NCBI GenBank assembly: GCA_013239625.1
Contig: MU054187.1
Location: forward strand, 20,649,280 to 20,713,279
DNA: 64,000 nucleotides
Direction of reading: 5' to 3'
DNA from: Lama guanicoe
Taxonomy: Eukaryota
In this document: piece after piece, positions 26,081 to 39,696 of the stretch
Layout of the letters: the number at the start of each line of letters is the position of its first letter
Numbering within the stretch: the first letter of the stretch is position 1
Position numbers and translations under genes: made by a program
The notes under the pieces: model-generated
The model's input: only the letters and a program-made list of their open reading frames with translations
Database searches by the model: none
Told to the model about the DNA's origin: nothing

Positions 26081-26861
26081 AAGAATTGCTTTTGTTCTGT
26101 ACTGCTTGAAATAATTTGTGTTTACCTACTTTTTATTACAGAAATTAGATATGCATAATATCCTAGATCTAACATGCTGGTGAGGGTGAAGGGCAGTATC
26201 AGATCAGCATAAAACTGTATTAACATAAAAAAAAAAATCAAGAACATAGGTGAGAATTGATCCATTACCTCCAAAATCTTACCTCTCTACTAATTTCCCT
26301 CAAACCCTCAATTAGGCTACCATAACTGATTAGCCACTAAATAGCGCTACCACTATTAACAGAGAAAACACAACAGACATTATACAATAGCTTTCAGATG
26401 TTGGGTAACAAGCAGGGGGGGACTCTGACGTTTGAAAGAAGGGGCCCCTGAGAGAAGAGCCAGACAACCGCCCCAGCTCAGTCCCTGCAAGCATCTTCCA
26501 GGCAACCGCACAGGGAGGTGGAACCAAACACCCCGTTTACAGGGGAAGCACAGCTCATCTAGTAGCTGATCATTTGCAGTAGTCTCATTGAGGGTTTTGA
26601 GAGAAATGAGTGGAGAGGTAAATTTTTGGAGGTAATGGATCAATTCTCTTGTATTTTTTTATGTTAACACAATTTTGTGCTGATCTGATACTGCCCTTCC
26701 TCCTCACCCTCATGTTAGATCTAGGATATTACATGTATCTAATTTCTGTAATAAAAAGTAGGTAAGCAAAGATTATTTCAAGCAGTGCAGAACAAAAGCA
26801 ATTCTTGAGGGAAGGCAATTTCTTTGGTAAAGAGAAGATTAATGTTTAATCTCAAGATAAT

Positions 26862-27028
26862 GAAGAGGAGGAGGGGGAAGAGGAGGAGAAGGGGTGGGGA
26901 GGAGAGTGGGGAGAAGAGGGGTGAGGAGGGTAGGGAGGAGGAGGAGGAGAAAAAGGAAAAGCAGGAGGGGGAGGGGAAGTACAAGAAGAAGAAAAAGGAG
27001 GGAGGAGAGGAGGAGCGGAAGTGGGAGT
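26862..27028 (+). repeat. GA-rich (polypurine) low-complexity tract
   Basis: gaggaggagggggaagaggaggagaagggg... almost exclusively G and A. Confidence 0.95.
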
Positions 27029-27244
27029 AAAGAATGATAAAGACTGCCACCCTCTGTTCCTCATATCAAAGCTCTGAATCATTGTTACTGATGAAGCAAG
27101 AAAAAGGCCATTGAGGTTCTAGGCATGGAACTTAGCTCTGGAATTCTGGATCATCATATGTATTTGCCCTCTTCTCCCCCAACTCTTCCCACAGGAAAAC
27201 ATTAGCCACAGGTTCCTATGTGCTCTCATAGTATTCTCTTTTAA

Positions 27245-27287
27245 GCAGATATTCAGTGTTTAGTGAATGAATGAATGAATGAATGAA
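27245..27287 (+). mobile_element. (TGAA)n tract, probable L2 3' tail
   Basis: gatattcagtgtttagtgaatgaatgaatgaatgaatgaa. Confidence 0.5.
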
Positions 27288-28669
27288 AGCAAACTTAAGG
27301 CAAATGGAGACAATACTTTGAATGGAAAAGTAGTTTGACAAAGAAGCTGACGGCCATTGCATTTTCTAAGTGGGATATAAAGGAAGCTTTCCTAATTCCA
27401 TTTAAAAGTCGTCACCAATCATGACACACGCATAATTCAAATAAAAGTGTCAAAGTAAAGCACTATTACAGTTTTATCTCTGACATGTCAGTTTCTATGA
27501 GGTCTTAAAAATTTGACAAAATATTTAAGTACATATACTCAACTTCCTAGCAATTTGTATGTAGTATCAATAGAAATTTGAAGTAAACACTCATCCTTTT
27601 GATAGTTATATAGATGAACCATTGTTTTGAGTAACTGACCTACTTTTAAAACAAAAACTTCTCATAGGTGTATAATCTTGGGGGTGAGGGGAATTGTTCC
27701 TCAGTATCCAATATTTTAGATACTAAAACCTTTTGAAATGAGTTGGAGTTACACCCAGAAAAATAAGTATATCTGAGTAGAAACCACAATAAAGAACGAT
27801 CTTCCACTTGTATATGTTGTTAACCTATGAAAACATTGCTACACTTGACCTTGCTGAGAGATGATGAAAGACTTCATTAAATACTGGACTTGAGCACTGG
27901 CAGGTGTCATCCACTCAGCAATATTTTTTTCTGAGTCATCAAAATACACACAGTTAAAAGCATTTATTTTCCCTCAAAAGTAATCTTGAAAGCTGTGCTG
28001 TTTCAGAAACAGAGCAAAGTCAGCTGGAAAAGGACAGTTGAATTCACCTTTAAGTGGAAATGTATTTTTAAAAAAATCAATTTTGAGTAAAGTGTTTTTA
28101 TTTATTATAGGTCAGAATTTAATCCAACTAGGTTTTTGTTAAGGAAATTTAATATGTTGCTCTAGCCTGCATAGCTTTCTCATTGAAATGTTAGTCCTGT
28201 TTCTACTGTTTGAGCTGTTGAACTAATCCTTTGTCTCAGAGAGTTTAACTAATGTATTCCAAAGTCCTGACCTGCAACTGTTTTAAGAAGTGACTTTAAA
28301 AGGACAAGGCAGTCAATCTGACAAAGTTGCTCCTTATTGCAAATCTGAAAGCAATCCTCACCTGATATACAAGATAATCAAACCTGATTTGTAGGAGTAG
28401 AAACGGATCTCTTCTAACAGATAAATTACAAGACAACCCTTCCCATTTGCTGCACATTCAAGTGAATTAAGATAAATGATATTTCTTGTCATTCTTGATT
28501 ATTTTAAAAAAATTTAATGTCCTTAACAATCTAAACCTAATTATTTGTCATGGCCTTCCTCAAAGACTGACCTGTTAAATTGTATGATGGCAACAGGAGG
28601 GGCCGGTTTAGATAAATACATCATCATCCAGAGGGAAAACCAAATCATGTACATAGATCTGCCCACTGG

Positions 28670-30212
28670 GCAGAGGAGCAGCCCTAGCTCTATCAGGCTC
28701 TGGCTCTAGCCCCTCCACCTCCAGCCCCACCTCCCACAAAGGTGACAGCTGCAGGCACACCCTGGGAGAAGATGTGACTCATGCTCACTTTAGATCTAGC
28801 TCCCCACCAAGGCCACTGGAGACATGCAGACTGCAAAGGACTGATCCCACACAGGGATACACTTCAAGACCGCAATTGATAACTGTTAGACCTAATTTCA
28901 TAGAGACAAAGAGAAAGTTAAGTAAAATGAGAAGACAGAGGAATTTTTTCAAACAAAGGAATAATGAAAAAAAAAGGCTTAAAAGACAACTAATAAAACA
29001 AAGATTAATCATTTATCAGATAAAGAGTTCAAAGCATTAGTAATAAGAATGCTAACTGAACTTGGGAAAAGAAGATGAATACAGTGAGAATATCAGCAAG
29101 GAACTAGAAAACATAAAAAAGAACTGGTGGTACTTGAAGAATACAGTAACTGAAAAGAAAAACACTAGAAGGATTTAACAGCAGATTAGGTGATATAGAA
29201 GAAAGAATAAGTGATCTAGAATACAGAGTAAAGGAAATCATCCATTCGAAAGAGCAAAAAGGAAAACAAATTTTAAAAATGAGAATAGTTCTTACTCAAT
29301 CTTGATTAAAAAGAACAAAGCTGTAAGTATCACACTCCCTGACTTCAGACTATCCTACAAAGATACAGTAACCAAAATAACATGGTACTGGCATAAAAGC
29401 AGACAATAAATGGAACAAAATGGAGGGGCTCAAAAATAAACCCATGGACCTGTGGAAAATTAATCTACATCAAAAGAGGTAAAAATATACAATGGACAGA
29501 AGACAGTCTCTTCAATAAATGGTACTGGGAAACCTGGGCAGCTTCATGTAAAACAATGCAACTAGAAGATATTCTCATACCATATTAAAAAACAAACTCA
29601 AAATGGATTAAAAACCTGAAATGCAAAACCTGTCAGATCTGAAATCATAAAACTCTTAGATGAGAGCATAGGCAGAACACTCTGACATAAATTGTAGCAA
29701 TATTGGATCTGTCTCCAGAGACAAAATAAATATAAGCCAAAATAAATAAATGGGACCTAATTACATGTAAAAGCTTTTGTACAGGAAATCATTGACAAGA
29801 CTAAAAGACAACCTATGGGATAGGAGAAAATATTTGCAAGTCATGAGGGGTTAATATCCAATATATATAAATAACTTATACAACTCATCAAAAAAAACCC
29901 AAACGCAATTTAAGAATAGGCAGGGGACTTGGATAGACATTTTCCCAAAGAAGGTATACAGAGGACCAACAGGCACATGAAAAGATGCTCAACATCACTA
30001 ATCATCAGAGAAATGCAAATCAAAACCACAGTCAAAACTACTATGTATAAAATAAATAAACTACAAGGGGTATACGGTAATGTACATCACAAGGAATATA
30101 GCTATTGTTCTATCATAACTTTAAATGGAGTATAATCCATACAAATATCAAGGCATTAGGTTTTACACATGAAATGAATATAATATTGTAAATCAACTAT
30201 AACTTCAGCAAA
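28670..30212 (+). mobile_element. Old LINE-1 with large internal deletions (5'UTR/ORF1 start, ORF2 C-terminal part, 3' end)
   Basis: KMRRQRNFFK (ORF1 start, ~28927) and coiled-coil-type ORF1 sequence to ~29290, then caatcttga...aagaacaaagctg...atcacactccctgacttcagacta (ORF2) to MQIKTT (~30030), then a terminal 3'UTR. Confidence 0.85.
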
Positions 30213-30891
30213 AATGGAAGCCATAAATTTTTATAATTTTTTGTGTTCTGATTTAGTAGCCTTCTGATATTTATTATTGCAATTTATAAATTCCTTTATA
30301 ATCAAGTGTTGTCTAGGATTACATTTTTAATTTTTAAGTAGTTATAACAAAATTTTTATCTTAGTCCTGTGAATTTTTAATTTTATAATAATACATACAT
30401 AAACTATTCTAGAATTTTTGTATCAAATTGTTTAACAGTTTTTGCTTTGCCATTTCTTGGTGGGGGCTTCTTTTTCTTAAACAGTTTCTACAACTTATTT
30501 GTTTAAGAAAGATTACACACCCAATTGTTTATTCAGTTTAGGGAAATTTTTCTTCTATTGTGTTTTTAATTTATTCTTTCACATTGTTGTTTTCCATTAT
30601 TTCCATCTACAAGAGTGATTTTTCACCTTATGTTCCTTGAAATTTTCTTTAAAGTCTATTACAATTCTTTTATGACTGTCACCAATATACGTTCCAAATG
30701 GTTCCTACTGTGTAACAGTTTCTTGCATAAAATAGAACATATTCCTCTCACACACAAAAGAAAATCAAAGGTAGGTACGTCAGTTCAGATTTGGAGGCTC
30801 TGAGGTCTTTGGAAACCGAGGGTCCTTTCCTGCTGTGCTAATGCCAGACTCTGACTTCAAGAGTATTTCCTGAGGCTCTAGTTATTATATT

Positions 30892-31026
30892 TATTTTTTC
30901 TATTTTTTTAATTTATTTTGAGGGGTGTAATTAGGATTATTTATTTTAGTGGAGGTTCTCCAGGATTGAACCCAGGACGTCATGCATGCTAAGCGCATAC
31001 TCTACCACTGAGCTATACCTTTCCCC
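30892..31026 (-). mobile_element. tRNA-derived SINE (vic-1-like)
   Basis: ggattgaacccaggacgtcatgcatgctaagcgcatactctaccactgagctatacc; flanks gttattatattt and gtcattatattt. Confidence 0.88.
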
Positions 31027-33507
31027 GATGGTCATTATATTTCTAGTCCAGAAATTATCTCACAAAATAATTTTGCTTGCATTTCCCTGGTCTGGTTTGA
31101 GTCACCTGGCCACACACAACTCCATGGGAGGCTGGGGAAAAGTCTTTAAACTGTATATTTTATCATTTTAAACAAAATGAGATTTTCGTTACTAAGGAGA
31201 AAGGAAATACTGGATATAGGATGGCAATCAGCAATTTGTGCTAAATCATATCTTTGTATTTCTTTTAGAGCTTTGAGATATTAGTTCCATTTGATGTTCC
31301 AAGTACATAAAATCAGGCATTGATAGTATGACCATCTCCTTCAGGGCTTGAAACACAACCCACTTCGCCCTTCATGCTAAACACTTATCCCACGATTCCT
31401 GACCCTTGCACCTTGGGTACCCAGAAACAGTTTTAAAAAGAAAATTTATTGCCTATTTGACATCCACTAAAAAAGATTCTGAATTCCTATTTGAAGCAAA
31501 TGTTTATCCAGCAGGCTCTTCTACCTATCCTCTGCAGAGACGGTATGTCATCTATTGCAGAATTCGGTTTTACAAAAGGAAGCAAAAATTCCTTCTTTTA
31601 TGATAACTGTCAAAAAACCAGTCTGTTTTCAGTGGAATACATCAAAAGGCTAAATTGAGGCCCCTTTTTTAATAATGTTAAATAATGTTAGTGGAACCAA
31701 CACTCATACTGAAAATACTTTATAAATTTGGATAAAAATATTTAAAAATCATCAAGCTAAAGTCATTGAAGAACTGACAAGATAGCAAAGAACTGACTCA
31801 AATCTCAATTGCAAGATAATCGTTACCAAGGGTTTTTTTTTAACCTTATTTATTATCAAAATTCTAGTTGTAAGTTGAAAAAAAAGTTTTGTAATTACAG
31901 TCTTATTTTCCCTTTTAGCAATCTTTAGAACCAGATGCCTGATTTTATATCCCATGGGATATCATGCTATCTGAGTGAGATTGGCTGATTTGCCTATATT
32001 CTTAGGTCTTAGTTCCTAGATATATAAGTATTCATTAAAAAATCACTTGCCTCAGAGTTTTAGGATAATTAAATAAACTAATTCACATAAAAAATGATGC
32101 CTAGCAATTAAGTGCTCAATAATTGTTTAGCTATTAATCAATTGGAGACTCATATAATATATGATTTTTATAGTGACCTCAAATTCCAAATTACTTTGGA
32201 ATGAACTAGAGTATGAGTACATTTCAATACCCATGCCTACATGCATTCTCCTGTAAATAAAGTATTTTCACTACAGAGTCACAACGTGTCTAAATTATAC
32301 AGGGAATCTGCCACCCCCCACCACCCACAAAGTCCACTGTTGTCTAGAACTCATCTTCTTAGCAAGGACTGAGGCTCCGAAGCCCCAGAGCCACTCTGGG
32401 TGACTCTGTCCCAAGCTTGAGTCTCTGTCAGTTGACACACACACTACCTTTAACCTAAGAAACAGCACTTGTTGCTATGCTACCACTGACAAACATTTTC
32501 ACGGTTCATTAAAATCAATGACTGTAGCCTAACAGAAACAACAAATAAACATTTGATGTACCATCTTTCATTTGAGAAGCAAGAAGAAGAAATTCAACTA
32601 GTCACAAAAAACTGATAAAATTATTTAAAACACACTTCTGGCTTAGAGATCTATCTTGTTGCTTCTATACAGCTGTGTGTTCGGTGGATTTTGGAGCATA
32701 ACATTTGGAGTATATGATAAACTGGAGTAGAAAATGATATGGTAAATTTCTACCTGCTTTTTGATTTGATACAAATTAAGCACCAGTGGACATCTTCTCT
32801 AAAAGAAAAAAACATGTGAAAGCAAGATAGCTCTGCCTTTAAACTGGCTGGCTTTGATTTAGTGTTACATTACTACCCTGCTTTACAAGTTCTGTGACAT
32901 CCACCTATTTGGTTCATAATGAATAAATGATGAATAATTCATGGCATGTAAAAATTAATCAGAGAAATCTGATTTTAGAGACCTTATTCTGAAAAAAAGA
33001 CAAAGCCTCCATATAGATCAAGAGGCACATTTTAAAAATAACATTGGATTTTTTATTAAAATTAAGTCTAAAATTCAATATATTCTATAAGATCAAAAGC
33101 AACTTCTTTAAGTAAAAGCATTTATCTAAAAGGGGGCATTACAACAATGTGTAGATTTATGTACAAAATTTAATGCAATCATGGGCAGGCAAACAATCTT
33201 ATTCTCCTTCCTTTTCCATCTAATTTTAAATCAAACTGAATAATAAATCAGTTGAATTTATGACTTGTATAAGGTAATGAGTTCTTTAGAGAAATAACAC
33301 TACTTCTTGTAAATTCTGTAACCTTGGAAGTGTGCAATTGTGGTTTGTAATGTGGGTATTTATGAATATGTTATGACAGTACTCGAATTCCCTAATCTTA
33401 AAGACAGGACAGAGGAAACCAAAGTTTCATTCATACAAGGACCCTACCTAACGGGACATCTGGGAATCCAGCATTTTTGTTCCTGTTCCCTCTTTCTGTT
33501 TATAAAA

Positions 33508-34340
33508 TACTCTCTACCCCATCCACAGTTTTGCTTTCAGGATTTGTCACCCACATTCAACTATGATCCAAAAATATTAAATGGAAAATTCCAGGATTAA
33601 ACAATTCATAAGTTTTAAATTGCATGCCATTGTAAGTAGTGTGATGAAATCTCTTGCCATCCTGCTCCGTCCCACCTGGACTTGAATCTCCCCTTTTGCC
33701 TAGCATGTCCCACTGTTAGTCAGTTGGTAGCCCTCTTCCTTGTCAGATTCGTTGTTGCATTACACCAGTGCTTGTGTTCAGGTAACTCTCATTTTACTTA
33801 ATAAAGACCTCAAAACTCAAAAGTAGTGATGCTGGGGATTCGGATACGCCAAAGAGAAGCCATACAGTGCTTCCTAAAAGTGAAAAGGTGAATGTTCTCT
33901 CCTTAATAAGGAAAGAAAAAACTGAGGTTGCTAAAATCTAATGTAAGAATGAATCTTCTATCAGTGAAACTGTGAAGAAGGAAAAATAAATTTTTCCTAG
34001 TTTTGCTGTTACACCTCTAGCTGCAAAAGTTATGACCACAGTGCATGATAAATGCTTAGTTAAGGTGGAAAAGGCAACAAATGTGTACAATAAGATATTA
34101 TGACAGAGAGAAAGACCAGATTCATGTAAATTTTATTACAGTATGTTATTATTATTGTTCTATTTTTGTTCTAGTACTCTTGTTAACCTCCTACTGTGCC
34201 TAATTTATAAATTATACTTTATCACAGGTGTGCATGTGTGAGAAAAAAGAATATATAGAGTTCAGTACAATCCATGGTTTCAAGCACCCCCTGAGAGCCT
34301 TGTAATGTACCTCCCCTGTGGAAAAGGGGGAACTGCTGTA
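33508..34340 (+). mobile_element. TcMar-Tigger derivative, MER44/Tigger7-like
   Basis: ccccatccacagttttgctttcagg...aaaatattaaatggaaaattccagga...; ends cccctgtggaaaagggggaactgctg|ta. Confidence 0.85.
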
Positions 34341-37300
34341 TTGTTTCATTCTAATCTCAGTTAAAAATGGCCTTGAAAGGCCCAGGCTTTTAATGTGATA
34401 TGAAAGAAGTTGAATTGCATACTGCTTTTTCAAAAACGGATGGGTCTTATTTCCATGGCATATGTAGATCTTTCAAACTGATGAGGTTATCCTCAGAGCT
34501 CTTCATTTATAATTGCAAATGTCCCATTAGTGTGAGATATAGACAGAATTCACCGTCAGTCCTCTGTCCTGCATGTGATAAAAAGAAAGACGAAGTGGCA
34601 AAGAGGTGGAGATGTCTACATGGGACTGACTCTGAAAGGGGCATGGCATGTGGTGGACCTGGAGAGAGAGCCCCATATCTGGGAAACTGCCCAAGAAAAG
34701 GAGGGGTCCCTTGCCTCTGACAACGTAAATGTTTATAGACTGGCCCCTGTATCTCTTTCTTTACCTAATAGTGCTTTCCTCATTTTCATACCTTAAGCCT
34801 TTGAATCAGAATTATTCGTATTATTTTCTAAGTGATACTTGAAAGGACTAAAATTCAGCAGATTCAAAATAAATGTAAGAGGCATAACTCAGCCCAGAGA
34901 TTCAGTTGTGGAATAAATATTGCATTCCTTAATCTTGTTTAAATAATTTATATTCAACCCAGAGACATCTTGACTGGGAAATCCAGCTCAGGCCTTATTA
35001 GAGTCTGTTTACACTCTCTAGGGACCTGCAAAAATCTAGGTCTACATTTCTGCTTGGAAAATGGAGGAAGGATCTCTAATGGTGATGGAACACAGTCGTC
35101 GTGAATCTTCTTACCCAAGCCCTCCTGCTCCTTGTCCTTCGGCTTCTATCTGCTTCTGCATCACCAATGGAAAACAGAAATTATTGCTGAGAATGGAACT
35201 CTGATGCTTGAAGTCTAGCCCCCCTAGTGCCACAATACAGCCCTCCTTTTGAAGTCTAGCTCATCCAACCATTCTCAGGGCATCGCCCCAGAGCACCAAG
35301 AGTTCCAGGAAACCACAGTCATAAATCCCTTTATCATTCTGGGAGATAAATCTTCTCTTATCTTCTGCTCCTAAATAGCAAACCCAGGCATTATCATTGT
35401 TTTAACAGTCACAAATATTAGTTGTCAAGCAATGGATGGGCAGAGCCTCCACTGATCGCAACAAGTAGATGGCGTCATTGGTGATCCAATGCTCTGATCA
35501 GCCATCAACCAGTAAATGTCGTATCTATTCAGACCCTGTGACATTGACTCAAACTCAGCACAAATCTTGAGGCTAATCAATGATATTTGAATATACTTGT
35601 ATTATAGAGCATATTAATAATTGTCTGTGGTGGTAACAGCTTAATTGTAATAATCTCTTCTCTGACTATACTTTCTATGGGTTTAACCACTTATTTCAGG
35701 ATAACACCACAGAGCTAGAGTAAAGCTTTTATTTTTGTATGATTCATCGAGTAGAAAGAAGCCATAAAGTCTATAATTCATTGGCCTAAGGGCACAGAGA
35801 GAGCAGAGTGAAGGATAAAAGCTCAGGTCATTCAACAAAAATCTCATGAGTTATTGCATAAAAAAAGTTTTTTTTTAAATACTCTATTCATATGCTATCT
35901 GTTCTTTTTGGAACAGATATCAATTCCTTACATATTATTGGAAAATAATATAAGACATGTAACCAGGACCATCACTCTAGGACGATTCTTTAAGTCATTT
36001 CTTTTCTTCATACCATCATATAAATGTATTCACCAATCTGAGGATTTCCTATAATAAGCACCCTTTATATTAAGCATATTAAAATCAATTTTAACTATTT
36101 CAGGTCACATGAATTCCTCTAAAGAGGAATACAATGGTTTCTTGCCCATCAATGGCTTTTGCTCTGTAGGTTAACACTCATATTTAGCACATTAGAAAAA
36201 CATCTAGATTCTGATAGCTTTAATCAGTCATATATAGCAATTTTGCTTTCAATGACATATAGGCCGCTGACTTAATATTGACATTTGCTTTTTGTTTGCA
36301 TGTGGGTTTGTTTTAATTATCTATAAGCAGTTATGAGACAGCCTGACTTTAAATATGAAAAGGCCCACTAACAATTGATGAAAGGGTGTCACTGAGAAAA
36401 GGCACTGAGGTCAAAATTGGCTTTTATTATTTTCTGAGTTCATTAAGTACTATACTGAAAATCAGAAAAAGTTGTATTCAGGATTTTAATTTTATTATTT
36501 ATTTGTAGTAAATAACTACAATAGCCTAAGTGAAAAAGGGGTATTGCAATTATAAAAGAACTTTTATCATGCATTAAGATTATTTATACTTAATATGGCG
36601 GTGAACTACCACCATCCTTTAATAGGGGGTCACTTCATACAAACTTTAATAAATATATCCTATTAAAGGAAAGAGAATGTCATCTCTGAAACAGATCTAT
36701 TAAACTATAAACTGTTAGAGTTCTTTGAAGGGGAAAACATATTAAGAACAATAAAGGGAAAAGTGTAGGAAGAAAAAGTTAATCTAAATATATTTATAAT
36801 TAAATTAAAATGTCACAATATTCTACACTAAGGACTATAAAAAATAAATTAATGGAACTGTGGAATAATGTTTTACTATGGGTAAAGACAAGGTTTAAAT
36901 ACAAGGATCAAGATAATAATAAATGGATAATTGATTTCATTTCCTAAAAAAAGCATACATTAACTAGTAAGAATGGATAGATGTGAAAAAGTAGAAGTTA
37001 TTCGGGCTATAAAAGAAAGGCTATGATTTATTAGAGCACTTCATATACCCATGAATATCCATGTATATATGTATATATATGCATACATATATGCTTTTAT
37101 AAAAATATGGAATGTTTTCAAATATTGACATTTGAGGTTTAAATGGGATCTAAGTACTGTGCTACATCATCTATTAATGTTCCTCTCAATTCCATGTGGA
37201 GATACAGATCATAGCAAAAGTCTATAGCACAAACCAATAGCTAAGGCTGATAGGCAGCTTAAAATAAGCATCAGAGTAAAATTTTTCAATGAACACTAAG

Positions 37301-38594
37301 ATATATGAAGTTAGACTAATAAAATCTTACCCTGGCTTCAACTGAAGGAAGAAAGACCAGTTTGAAAATATGCAATAAAGATAAAATTGCTTTGAGTACT
37401 TAATAACTTTTATTTGAATATATAGAAGAAAAACTACCTAAGAAAATATAATCATAGCAAAACCGAAGAGGATTTTAAGATATTTTTCAGCACTTGATAG
37501 AAAAAGCAATGTGAAAATATCAACACTGTGAATCATATAATTATTAAACATAATTTGATCTACACTTATTAAAATTATTCTGTTATTACAACTTTTATTA
37601 TGAAATACAATAAAAGATTTAATAACCCAGATATCATTTTCAAATTAGGCCATTTTCCCATGAATTAGAGAAGAGACCATGTATGTCATAAGATTTCACC
37701 AAAGTACAATAATTGATAATAAATTGTCAAACAAACAATCAGACCATTTGCCCTAAAATGAAAACTAAATAAACTCTCATTTCAGGAAATAAAAGCAGCC
37801 TTTCCAGCTTAGATTTGACATGACTCTGTGCCATTTGGATCTGGGGATTTGGAATGCCTTATGGAATTTCTCTGTGCCCAGGAGGGTTTGGAAACAGTAG
37901 ACTAGAAAATCTCTGGACCAGATGGGAATACAATCACTCATTAATCCAATGTGACAAATGACAATGATCCAGTCCCCCCTGCAATGACTTGTCGTAATGT
38001 AAGTCTGTGAGAACAGGAAGCAAGTTAAGGAAAAGGGGATGAGAGGAGGGAGATTCCAACTGAAAGAGATTTGCCCAGTTGAGTGCATTACATTTCAACC
38101 ATAGAGGGGGACAAAGAGAAGTCTTGAGATAGAAGTCAAATTCAATTCTATGTCACAGTGATAAATCTTGCCCCAATGGAGAAATCCATATTTACCTTGT
38201 GGACAGCAGAAAATGACCCAGCAGAAACTACTAAACATGTGGGATGGAGTTTTTAGGAAATATAATTAAAGATAAATAGAAAAATGTCAATGACTTTACT
38301 ATTAAACAAGTAATAATACAAATAGTACTTAATTGAATAATCTAGAAAATGTTTTTAAATAAAAATAATTCTAAGAAATACAGAAAAAGTTAAAAACTGA
38401 TTTCAGAAATGTATTTAGGTAATAACATAATATTATGTTATTATATACAATTTTTAATAATTTTAAACAAGTATCAATTCAAATCCTTGCAAAGCTAGTC
38501 AATAAAATAAGATAAAATAAAAATAAATACCGTATGAGATGAAAATGAAGAACAAATAAATAAAGGTAACCTAAAGTGAGGGAAAATGTGCCTC

Positions 38595-39080
38595 TGAATA
38601 ATATAGCAGAATGGATTCTTGTTCACCAATCTTCACTTCCTCCTTGTAATTATACATCCATTCCCTTTGCCACAGTACTCAGAAGTATCTATCACTACAG
38701 AACCTTGGGTATATTTACCCATCCCAGTCATGTTGAGCTTGGCATGTCACCGGCTTTGGTCAAAGATGTGTTAGCTGACATATTATGAACATAGACCATA
38801 AATATTCTTGTATAAGTTGGCTAGGTCTCTTGCACTTATACCTTTTACCATAAGAAAAATAGCTCTCAAGTAGTGACTGGTTAAAAACAAACAAAACAAG
38901 CAAAACAGAAGGGTCTTATGGAATGGAACCCAACTTGCAGCCAGAGGCAAACTCAGTTAATTCCAGACTAGTCTAGCAGAGTTGAAGCCTACCTATGAAA
39001 GAAACCTTCAGAGAGGAACACATGCTTTCTCTTGTAAGCCACTAAGTTGCACAACATTGTTGCAGGTATAATTAATATAT
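38595..39080 (+). mobile_element. Old MLT1 (MaLR) LTR
   Basis: gttgagcttggcatgtcaccggctttggtcaa...ttgtaagccactaagttg...attaatata, typical MLT1 motifs. Confidence 0.6.
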
Positions 39081-39696
39081 CTCAAAATTTAGAAAAATTT
39101 GTATTGGATAACTAATTGATAAAGAGTTTTTTAAAGTCCCAAATCACACTTTATTGGAAAGAACTCTTGGAAGATCTCCTGGATAACCAGGAGAGCTAGG
39201 ATCAGAGAAACGTGTTCTCACCCTTATTGGTGGTCTTCAAATCTCAAGTTCTATTTGATCCTTAATTTACCATCAATTTTTAAAATAATAAATGTGTATG
39301 TGTGTATATATATGCATTAGATAGATGATAGATAAATAGATATGAATATATAAAGGAGAATCAATTTTAAAATGAATTATCATAATAATCCTTATTGTAA
39401 TGATTATTATCTCTTCATTTTTTATTTTTTGCTGTTTAATAGCAAATTTATGATATAATGACATTGTACCTAAATACTTCTATATTTTTAATAAAATTAT
39501 TACATTGCCTTTTAGAATAAAACTTCCTTAATATTATCTAACTCCTATTTACATTAAAATGTATGGTTGACCTCAAAATGGCTTTTTGATAAACTGTTAA
39601 TGCCAGTTATCAAAATTTACTCAAAAAGCAAATAAATGTTGTAACATATATGCAGGAGGAAAACAGAGTCTTTCAAGATGAAACCTCTACAGAAAC

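Larger units (their letters stand above)
24318..26864. repeat. Long inverted repeat: left arm 24318-24397 plus 26081-26347, right arm 26552-26864, spacer ~26348-26551
   Basis: the reverse complement of 26552-26864 aligns collinearly (about 85% identity by eye) with the two left pieces joined at the TSD. Confidence 0.95.

Noticed and set aside
26778..27082. Glu/Lys/Arg-rich and Ser/Pro/Phe-rich ORFs
   Set aside because: Translations of the GA-rich simple repeat
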